This document shows positions 1-6,912 of a stretch of 36,908 nt of DNA, in pieces. The first letter of the stretch is position 1, and every line of letters begins with the position of its first letter. Location: contig JBBIHX010000012.1 of NCBI GenBank assembly GCA_037446815.1, forward strand, positions 1 to 36,908, in the 5' to 3' direction. The stretch comes from Caldilineae bacterium (GTDB lineage: Bacteria; Chloroflexota; Anaerolineae; DTLA01). The position numbers and the translations under genes were made by a program. Under the pieces are notes generated by a model that ran no database searches, had not been told where the DNA came from, and saw only the letters and a program-made list of their open reading frames with translations.

Positions 1-307
1 CCGCCACTCGGTTCCAAAGCCTCTTGCTAACCGTCATTGCGAGGGCGCGAGCGGGAATACCACACCTAGCGCGGCGGCCTTAGCCCCGCGCGACCATCCC
101 TCCCCAACTGTCATTCTGAGCCGCGAAGCGGCGAAGAATCTCGCGCCATCGGGCCGCCACTCGGTTCCATCATGTGTTGGTGGAACCGTAGGAGCACTCT
201 CCTCGTGTGTCATTGCGAGCGAAGCGAAGCAATCCCACGCCCCGGGGATTGCTTCGGGCACTGCGTGCCCTCGCAATGACAGCCACCAACAGACTCTGGA
301 ACCGAAT
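1..307. repeat. Cluster of REP-like palindromic intergenic repeats (GTCATTCTGAG...GAAGAATCTC and GTCATTGCGAG...GAAGCAATC types)
   Basis: 106-144 is identical to 23426-23464 (39 bp). 247-307 reverse-complemented nearly matches 23359-23419. 6-38 resembles 30300-30332. 209-280 is an imperfect inverted repeat. Confidence 0.85.
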
Positions 308-325
308 CCTCCCCGCGAGTCGGTT

Positions 326-353
326 TTGCCATTCGCCCCGCGCCCGCTATAAT
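326..353 (+). promoter_or_regulatory. sigma70-type promoter for the ydcF-like/radical SAM genes
   Basis: TTGCCA-N16-TATAAT, about 35 nt upstream of ATG 388. Confidence 0.6.
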
Positions 354-387
354 GGGCGCAAAACTGCGGGGGCAGAACGTACAACGC

Positions 388-1059
388 ATGAAGCGCATTG
401 TCCTCTGGCTGCTAATCGGCGTCGCCGCGGGGTTTCTCGCGCTGTGCGCGGCCATCAACCTGTACGGCCTGTGGGACCAGGCCGCGCCCGCCGACGCCAT
501 CGTAACCCTGGGCGCGCGCGTCCTTGCCGACGGCTCGCCCGGCCCCGACCTCACCAGCCGCACCACCCACGGCGCCGCCCTGTTCCGCGCCGGCCTGGCC
601 CCCTACCTCATCTGCACCGGTGGGTTCCCAGGCGACCGCTCATCGGCTGCCGCCGTCGCCCGCAACCTCGCCGTGCAACTTGGCGTGCCGGCCGAGCGCA
701 TCCTCCTCGCCGAGGATTCCATGTCCACGCAAGAGGACGCCGAGCAGGTGGCCCGCATCATGCGCGAACGGCAGTGGACATCGGCCATCGTCGTCAGCCA
801 CCCGCTCCACCTGCTCCGAGCCCGCATCCTGTTCCAGCGCGAGGGCATCCACGTTCTCACCAGCCCCACGCCCCTGGCCCCGGGCGAAACGTCGCTGGAG
901 ACACGTGCGTACTACACCGTGCGAGAGGCCCTCGGCGTCATCGCCGCGCTCCTGCCGAAGGACTGGACCGGGCTGCTCCCCGGCGCGTCCACGCGCGTGC
1001 ACGCCCGCGCCGGCGACCTGCCCTCTCGGGCCGAGACTGCACCAGAGACTGCACCATGA
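388..1059 (+). CDS. YdcF/DUF218-family protein with N-terminal membrane anchor
   Basis: MKRIVLWLLIG hydrophobic start. Motifs ADAIVTLGA, LICTGG, EDSMSTQEDA, IVVSHPLHLLRA. Stop overlaps the next start (ATGA). Confidence 0.85.
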   Translation: MKRIVLWLLIGVAAGFLALCAAINLYGLWDQAAPADAIVTLGARVLADGSPGPDLTSRTTHGAALFRAGLAPYLICTGGFPGDRSSAAAVARNLAVQLGVPAERILLAEDSMSTQEDAEQVARIMRERQWTSAIVVSHPLHLLRARILFQREGIHVLTSPTPLAPGETSLETRAYYTVREALGVIAALLPKDWTGLLPGASTRVHARAGDLPSRAETAPETAP

Positions 1060-2684
1060 GCGACTGGCGTTCCATCCAGACGTTGCGAAGGCTCCTTGCC
1101 CAGGAAACCGGCTTCATCTCCAAAGACTGGGGCGGGCGCATCCCCATTGCCATGGCGTATCCCAACACCTACTACGTGGGCATGTCGGCGCTGGGATTTC
1201 AGACGCTGTACCGCTTGCTGAATGCCCACGGGGCGCTGGTGGCCGAGCGAGTTTTCTGGGACGAGAAGGCCGCAGGTCCTACCCTGTCCCTGGAATCCCA
1301 ACGGCCCATGAGCGACTTCGCCTTTGTCGCGTTCTCGGTTACCTACGAACTGGACTATTTCCACGTCGCCCTGATGCTCAAGCAGGCGGGGCTGCCGCCT
1401 CGCGCCGACGAACGCGGCGAGGACGATCCCATCATCCTCATGGGCGGGCCTGCGGTGATGGCCAATCCGCTGCCCCTGGCCCCTCTGGCCGACGCCATCT
1501 ACATCGGCGAGGTGGAGCCCGCGCTGGAGGCGCTGGCCGCCGCCCTGGAGTCCCGCGTGGAGCGCACCCGCGACGAGACGCTCCGGGCGTTGAGCGCCAT
1601 CCCGGGCTTCTACGTGCCCGCCCATCCGCGCCTGCCGGTGGCGCGCCGGTGGCTGCGCGACGTGGACGCCTTCCCGACCCACTCGTCCGTCCTCACGCGC
1701 CGCACCGAGTTCGGCGACATGTTCCTCATAGAGATCGCGCGTGGGTGCGGTCGCGGCTGTCGGTTTTGCCTTGCCGGTTATGTCTACCGCCCCATGCGCG
1801 AACGCAGCCTGGAGACCATCCTCGCCCAGGCGCGCGCGGGCCTGGCCCATCGCCGCAAGATCGGCCTGGTCAGCGCCGCCGTGTCCGACTACTCTCGGCG
1901 CGACGAACTGGTGGCCCGCCTGCGCGAGATGGGTGCGCGAATCTCGGTCTCATCCCTTCGCGCCGACTCCCTGTCCCCCGCCCTGCTCCAAGCCCTGGCC
2001 GACAGCGGCACGCGCACCCTGACCTTTGCCCCTGAGGCCGGCTCCGACCGATTGCGCCGCGTCATCAACAAGAACATCTCCGAAGAGCAGATTCTGGCCG
2101 CAGCGGCCCTGGCGGCCCAGGCCCGTTTCCCCGAACTCAAACTCTACTTCATGTTCGGGCTTCCAACGGAAACAGAGCACGACATAGAGGAACTCTGCCG
2201 ACTGAGCCAGGCCGTGGCCCGAGCCTTCGGCGGCAGGGTAACCGTCAACCTCTCGCCGTTCGTGCCCAAGGCCCACACCCCCTTCGCGCGCGCCCCGATG
2301 CTGGCCGCCGACGAATTGGAACAGAGGCTTGCCGTCGTGCGGGCGCGCCTTCGGCCGACAGGCATCTCCGTCAAGGCCGACAGCGTGGCGTGGGCGCGGG
2401 TTCAGGGCGTGCTGGCGCGCGGGGGCACAGAACTCGCCGATGTCATCGGGGGGATGGAGAGCGTTTCGCTGACCGCGTGGCGTGCGGCGCTGGCGGCGCG
2501 CGGCCTGTCCGAGGAGGCGTACCTGGGGCCTGTGGCGCCGTCCAGTCCCATGCCGTGGGAGGGCATCATCGCGTCCGGCGTTACCGACGCGTACCTCGCC
2601 CGCGAGCAGCGCGCCGCCGAGCAAGGCCGCGCCACTGCGGGTTGTCCGCCCTCCGGCTGCACCCGTTGCGGCGTCTGCCCGTAA
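1056..2684 (+). CDS. Radical SAM protein with B12-binding-like N-terminal region (TIGR03960-like)
   Basis: CxxxCxxC motif RGCGRGCRFC, YPNTYYVGMSALG, TFAPEAGSDRLRRVINK, FVPKAHTPF, C-terminal CxxxxCxxCxxC. Start MSDWRSI at the ATGA overlap. Confidence 0.85.
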   Translation: MSDWRSIQTLRRLLAQETGFISKDWGGRIPIAMAYPNTYYVGMSALGFQTLYRLLNAHGALVAERVFWDEKAAGPTLSLESQRPMSDFAFVAFSVTYELDYFHVALMLKQAGLPPRADERGEDDPIILMGGPAVMANPLPLAPLADAIYIGEVEPALEALAAALESRVERTRDETLRALSAIPGFYVPAHPRLPVARRWLRDVDAFPTHSSVLTRRTEFGDMFLIEIARGCGRGCRFCLAGYVYRPMRERSLETILAQARAGLAHRRKIGLVSAAVSDYSRRDELVARLREMGARISVSSLRADSLSPALLQALADSGTRTLTFAPEAGSDRLRRVINKNISEEQILAAAALAAQARFPELKLYFMFGLPTETEHDIEELCRLSQAVARAFGGRVTVNLSPFVPKAHTPFARAPMLAADELEQRLAVVRARLRPTGISVKADSVAWARVQGVLARGGTELADVIGGMESVSLTAWRAALAARGLSEEAYLGPVAPSSPMPWEGIIASGVTDAYLAREQRAAEQGRATAGCPPSGCTRCGVCP

Positions 2685-2694
2685 GGCGCGGCCC

Positions 2695-3960
2695 TTACCG
2701 CGCGGCGTGGCCCAGCGACCGCATCAGCGCCTCCAAATCGCCCACGGTCGGGTCTATGAGGTGCGGCTTGCCGGTCGCCCTGATGGCGCTGGCCACATCC
2801 TTTAGCCCGTTGCCCGTTACCAGCACCACGATCTTCTCATCGGGGTTGACGCGGCCTTCCGCCAGCATCTTCCGCAGGCCCGCGAACGCCGCGACCCCCG
2901 CAGGCTCCCCGAAGACCGCCGCGCCTCGCGCCAGGACGCGCATGGCGTCCAGAATCTCATCGTCGCTGACGGTGATATACTCGCCGCCCGTCTCGCGCAC
3001 GGCCCGCAGCGCCTTGATGCGATCGCGGGGGATGCCCACCGAGATGCTATCGGCCAGCGTGGTGGGCACAATGGGCGTAATCTCCTCGGTGCCCGCCTTC
3101 CACGCGTTGTACAGCACCGCCGAGCCTTCCGCCTGCACGCCCATCAGTTTGGGCATGTGGTCAATCCAGCCCAGCGCGACCAGGTCCTTCAGCCCCTTCC
3201 ACAGGCCGCCGATGATGCACCCATCGCCCACCGACACGAAGATGCGGTCGGGCGCTTGCCACCCCAACTGCTCGCAGATTTCCAGGCTCGCGGTCTTCTT
3301 CCCTTCCGAAAGGTAGGGGTTGTACGCCGTGTTGCGGCTGTACCACCCGTACCGAGCCGACGCCTCCAGGCAGAGGTCAAACGCCTGATCATACGTTCCG
3401 CGCACCATGATGACATTGGCGCCGAAGATGAGGAGTTGGGCGATCTTGGCCTGGGGCGCGGTCTCGGGCACGAAGATGTAGGTCGTCATGCCGACGCTCG
3501 CGGCGATGCCCGCCAGGGACGAGGCCGCGTTTCCCGTGGACGCCGCCGTCATGATGGGCCGGCCCAATTCGCGTGCGCGGGCCACGCCCACGGCGCTGGC
3601 GCGATCCTTGAACGAGGCCGTCGGGTTCCGCCCGTCGTCTTTGATCCACAGGTCGCGCAGCCCTAGTTGCTCGCGCAGCCGTTGCGCCGGATACAGCGGC
3701 GTCCACCCCACGGGCAGCGGCGGGATGGCCGCCGTGTCGGCGACGGGCAGGAGCGGAAGGTAGCGCCAGATGGAGGGCGTGAGGTCCTGGGCCAGCGCCT
3801 CGCGGGACCACCGCGCGCAGATGTAGGCGTAATCGTACACCACGTCCAGAATCCCCTCGTTGCCGTGGCGCGGGCAGACGTAGGGGTGCTCATCCATGGA
3901 ATATTCTGCGCCGCACAGGACGCACTTCATGCCAAGCACGTTCTTGTGAAGTAGGGCCAC
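2695..3960 (-). CDS. thrC: Threonine synthase (PLP-dependent, fold type II)
   Basis: NPTASFKDR PLP-lysine motif, ASTGNAASS, EGKKT, VSVGDG, TGNGLKD. GTG start with GGAGG RBS. Confidence 0.85.
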   Translation of the reverse strand: MALLHKNVLGMKCVLCGAEYSMDEHPYVCPRHGNEGILDVVYDYAYICARWSREALAQDLTPSIWRYLPLLPVADTAAIPPLPVGWTPLYPAQRLREQLGLRDLWIKDDGRNPTASFKDRASAVGVARARELGRPIMTAASTGNAASSLAGIAASVGMTTYIFVPETAPQAKIAQLLIFGANVIMVRGTYDQAFDLCLEASARYGWYSRNTAYNPYLSEGKKTASLEICEQLGWQAPDRIFVSVGDGCIIGGLWKGLKDLVALGWIDHMPKLMGVQAEGSAVLYNAWKAGTEEITPIVPTTLADSISVGIPRDRIKALRAVRETGGEYITVSDDEILDAMRVLARGAAVFGEPAGVAAFAGLRKMLAEGRVNPDEKIVVLVTGNGLKDVASAIRATGKPHLIDPTVGDLEALMRSLGHAAR

Positions 3961-4065
3961 GGTATCCTCCCGCAGAGGTCTCTCATACCCAAGGTAGGCA
4001 AACCTAACACGCCCTCCGCGCCGACGGCGAAGCGCGTGTCGTTGCGACGGCCTTGCGATGGGGCT

Positions 4066-4109
4066 TGAGAGAACAGCCCTCGGGAGCCCCGGTGAACTCC
4101 CGAGACTGT
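4066..4109 (-). terminator. Putative intrinsic terminator after the zinc-ribbon gene
   Basis: Minus strand reads ACAGTCTCGGGAG-loop-CTCCCGAGGGCTGT followed by TCTCTC (weak U tract). Confidence 0.45.
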
Positions 4110-4126
4110 CTCAGCCATTACAGGGT

Positions 4127-4429
4127 CTATCGGCCCGTTCGGTGTTTCTCAAAGCACTCGCGGCAATAGACGGGGCGGTCGCCGCGAGGTTCAAAGGGAA
4201 CTTCGGTCTGTGCGCCGCAGTCCGCGCAGACGACGGAGTACATGCGGCGTGGTCTGGGGTTGTCCGAGCCGCCCGGCCGAGGGTTGCCGCGGCGGGACGC
4301 GCGACACTCGGGGCAGCGGGTCGGATCGTGGGTAAAGCCCTTCTCTCGGAAGAACTCCTGTTCCCCGGCTGAGAACACGAATTCTTTGCCGCAGTCACGG
4401 CAGATCAATGTTTTGTCGGCGAATGCCAT
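4127..4429 (-). CDS. Zinc-ribbon domain protein with CxxC-x17-CxxC domain
   Basis: MAFADKTLICRDCGKEFVFSAGEQEFF...PTRCPECR and CADCG...VPFEPRGDRPVYCRECF. AGGAGG RBS. Confidence 0.9.
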   Translation of the reverse strand: MAFADKTLICRDCGKEFVFSAGEQEFFREKGFTHDPTRCPECRASRRGNPRPGGSDNPRPRRMYSVVCADCGAQTEVPFEPRGDRPVYCRECFEKHRTGR

Positions 4430-4550
4430 CCAGGTCCTCCTAACTGAATAGTGGTTCGTGGTGTTGGTGGGTCATCCGCTGGAACTCTTACGCAGCCAGC
4501 ACCGGGGACTGGGAGTGCCTCAGAGAGCCGTGCCAGACCACAACAGCCAC

Positions 4551-4598
4551 AGAAAACCGAAACCGGACAGCAAGCCATAGCCGTGGCCGCTGTCCGGT
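4551..4598 (-). terminator. Terminator-like hairpin inside the 5' leader of the zinc-ribbon gene
   Basis: ACCGGACAGC (4589-4598) pairs with GCTGTCCGGT (4562-4571), with an inner GCCA/TGGC stem, followed by TTCGGTTTTCT. Confidence 0.55.
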
Positions 4599-4726
4599 CG
4601 TCCCTTGCCGATCGCCTTTGCCCATCGCGGAAGCCGCGCGGGCGAGAAACGGGTTACCATACGGAAAATCTAGACCTAGCCATCCTCAGCGATGGAGCCC
4701 CAGGCTCCGAGCGTACATCCACGGAT

Positions 4727-4755
4727 ACTATACCATGCTTTTGCAAATATGTCAA
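4727..4755 (-). promoter_or_regulatory. Strong sigma70 promoter upstream of the zinc-ribbon gene
   Basis: TTGACA-N17-TATAGT with extended -10 TG. Confidence 0.8.
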
Positions 4756-4767
4756 GCCCTTTTTGTT

Positions 4768-4830
4768 GTAGCCGTACCGGCCGAGAAGCCGCGCGAGGTC
4801 CGCGCCGCTCACATCTCTGGGCAGCCTCAT
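4768..4830 (-). pseudogene. hicA: 5' remnant of a HicA-family toxin gene
   Basis: ATGA overlap with the hicB-like stop. Reads MRLPRDVSGADLARLLGRYGY, a typical HicA N-terminus, then loses similarity before the GSH motif. Confidence 0.7.
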
Positions 4831-5036
4831 GCCACCATGACCTCTTCACGCACCACATGCATGCGGATGAGATCGGGCAAGTCGTCTTCGTCAAAGTGGC
4901 ATTTCACGGCATCCCGGATCGCCGCCTTCAATTCGTCCCAGGTATCGGCTTCTGTAAAGATTGAGTGTCCCAGCGCCCGAGCCGTGTAACCGCCTTCCGG
5001 CGCTTCTTCAATGAGGAGAATTACTTCTTTCGCCAC
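4827..5036 (-). CDS. Short HicB-like antitoxin (69 aa)
   Basis: MAKEVILLIEEAPEGGYTARALGHSIFTEADTWDELKAAIRDAVKCHF is a HicB/RNase-H-like fold pattern. GTG start with GGAGGG RBS. Coupled to the hicA-like start. Confidence 0.8.
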   Translation of the reverse strand: MAKEVILLIEEAPEGGYTARALGHSIFTEADTWDELKAAIRDAVKCHFDEDDLPDLIRMHVVREEVMVA

Positions 5037-5139
5037 GTTCCCTTGTCCCTCCACGTGCAAGGCCCGTGCACGCCAACCCATGCCGGCCTGCAAGGACTGC
5101 CTCTCGGTGTCCTGCGCCTGCTTCCTGACTCTACAAGAC

Positions 5140-5167
5140 ATTCTACCACATCTGCGAGACGCGTCAA
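5140..5167 (-). promoter_or_regulatory. Putative sigma70 promoter of hicBA
   Basis: TTGACG-N16-TAGAAT with extended TG. Confidence 0.5.
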
Positions 5168-5380
5168 CAACCGTCCGGGCTGCCGACCATGGCGCCGACG
5201 GAGCGACGCGCGGCGCGCCTGGGAAGCGGCGTCGCTTTCGGCCCCGCGCGACCCGCCGCGATTGTCGTTCTGATCGGTGCAGCGCGAAGAATCTCGCCCT
5301 CTGTTCGCGCAATCCGTGTTATCCGTGGATACAACCCCGGAGGTTGCCTCGCACCAATGGCAGTCCCGGCGAGCGCCGCG

Positions 5381-5420
5381 CAAACAAACAAGAGGGGCTA
5401 CCGCACGGGCGGCAGCCCCT
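5381..5420 (-). terminator. Intrinsic terminator of the hydrogenase operon
   Basis: AGGGGCTGCCGC-CCGT-GCGGTAGCCCCT stem followed by CTTGTTTGTTTG on the minus strand, about 30 nt after the last stop. Confidence 0.65.
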
Positions 5421-5451
5421 CCATCGCCTTGTATATGGGACTACGCTACGC

Positions 5452-6366
5452 TTACTCCACGCTCTCCATCTTGATGTGCCGCCGACTGATGAGGAACGCC
5501 CCGATGGTGGCCACTGCGCTCAGCCCGATGACGACGGCCTCTGCGGGCTGCAGGATGTTCTTCCACGCGCGGGCCAGGGTGGGCGTCGCAACGCTCATCG
5601 GCAGCGCGTAGCGGCCCGGCTCGTCCAACAGGATGCTCAGCCGATTCAGCCCTCCCGCCTGGGTCTCCCCGTAGAGCGCCGCCCGGTCAAATCCGCGCCC
5701 CTTCAGGAACGAGACCCGCTGCTTCGCCTTGTCCAGCAGTTCGTCGCGGCGGCCCCATACCAGAGCCCCCACCGGGCACGTGGTGGCGCAGAACGGCCCG
5801 CCGATGCCGGCGTAGATGCGATCTTGGCAGAAGGTGCACTTGGCCGCCTTGGCCTCGCCGGTGAGCGCATTCGCCACCCGAAGGTGCGGCACGCCATACG
5901 GGCAGAACTGCGTGCAGTAGCCGCACCCGATGCACTTCGCCTCATCGTAGCCGGTGAACCCCCTGGGGTCCTTGTACAGCGCCCCCGAGGGGCACACCGT
6001 TACGCACGCGGCATCGGTGCAGTGCATGCACTGGTAGTTGACGAAATGCCAGTCGGTATTGCTTCGCTTGCTCAGTTTGATGAGCGTCCAGGTATCCGCC
6101 GACAGGCTCCGGGGCGTGTCGTACAGTTTCGCCGCGCCGACCGCCTCCACGGGCAGCCGCGCCGCCGTCTGGGTATCCGCGGGCAGTTTGTTCCATCGCT
6201 TGCAGGCCATCTGGCAAGCGCGGCAGCCCACGCACTTGGACGCATCAAACAGGATGGCGAGCGGCGCATCCGCCGGCGCGGCCTGCGCCAGGCCCGTCGG
6301 CCGTATCGCCCCGGCAGCCAGCAGAAGCCCCGAGAGTTTCAGGAAGTCTCTGCGGTTGATGTCCAT
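5452..6366 (-). CDS. Tat-exported 4x[4Fe-4S] electron-transfer protein (HybA/HupX/FdnH-like) with C-terminal membrane helix
   Basis: NRRDFLK Tat motif. CVGCRACQMAC, CMHCTDAACVTVCP, CIGCGYCTQFCP, CTFC...PFCATTCP. C-terminal hydrophobic helix. Confidence 0.9.
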   Translation of the reverse strand: MDINRRDFLKLSGLLLAAGAIRPTGLAQAAPADAPLAILFDASKCVGCRACQMACKRWNKLPADTQTAARLPVEAVGAAKLYDTPRSLSADTWTLIKLSKRSNTDWHFVNYQCMHCTDAACVTVCPSGALYKDPRGFTGYDEAKCIGCGYCTQFCPYGVPHLRVANALTGEAKAAKCTFCQDRIYAGIGGPFCATTCPVGALVWGRRDELLDKAKQRVSFLKGRGFDRAALYGETQAGGLNRLSILLDEPGRYALPMSVATPTLARAWKNILQPAEAVVIGLSAVATIGAFLISRRHIKMESVE

Positions 6367-6372
6367 AGGCTC

Positions 6373-6909
6373 TTACCTACCTTCCTCACGTCCGACCGTC
6401 GCAAGGGGTTCTCGGGCCTGGGCATTGTGCCGTTCCGCGCGGGGGCGGATTCCCCACCGCGACAATTCGGCCAGCACCCGACCCACCAGCGCGCCCATCT
6501 GCGCGGCGATAGATGGCGACAACTCCAGGCCGGTGTCAATGACCTCAGGCTCCACGCCCACAAGCACCAGTTCCCGCGGGAACGTGCCGCGCAGGCGAGT
6601 CGCCGCCAGCAGGTCCGCCAGGCCCATCTGGTGGGGCGAGATTTTGATGCCCAAGCAGGCGGGCACCTCATCTCCGCTCAGGCGAACGAGGGCCCCAGGC
6701 GGGTTGCCCATCGCCACAGCGTCCACGATGAGCACGCGGTCCGCCTCTTCCATGTAGTGCAACAGGTCCAGCCCAAGGGTTCCCCCGTCCAAGACCTGCA
6801 CGTCGTCTGGGAACTCAAACCGTTCCGCCAGACGCTGCACGACCCGAACGCCCACGCCCTCATCGCGCAGCAGGATATTGCCCAGGCCGAGTACCAACGT
6901 CTTCCCCAC
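6373..6909 (-). CDS. Hydrogenase maturation endopeptidase (HyaD/HybD/HupD family)
   Basis: LVLGLGNILLRDEGVG, DGGT, IVDA, SPHQ motifs. Confidence 0.93.
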   Translation of the reverse strand: MGKTLVLGLGNILLRDEGVGVRVVQRLAERFEFPDDVQVLDGGTLGLDLLHYMEEADRVLIVDAVAMGNPPGALVRLSGDEVPACLGIKISPHQMGLADLLAATRLRGTFPRELVLVGVEPEVIDTGLELSPSIAAQMGALVGRVLAELSRWGIRPRAERHNAQAREPLATVGREEGR

Positions 6910-6912
6910 GGG

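Noticed and set aside
207..1055. N-terminal extension of the 825-aa ORF
   Set aside because: It starts inside a repeat and overlaps the ydcF-like gene in another frame. The radical SAM protein plausibly starts at 1056.
4827..5036. '2-oxoisovalerate dehydrogenase subunit' label often attached to such short proteins
   Set aside because: It is 69 aa with a HicB-like pattern and is coupled to a hicA-like start, far too short for an E1 subunit.
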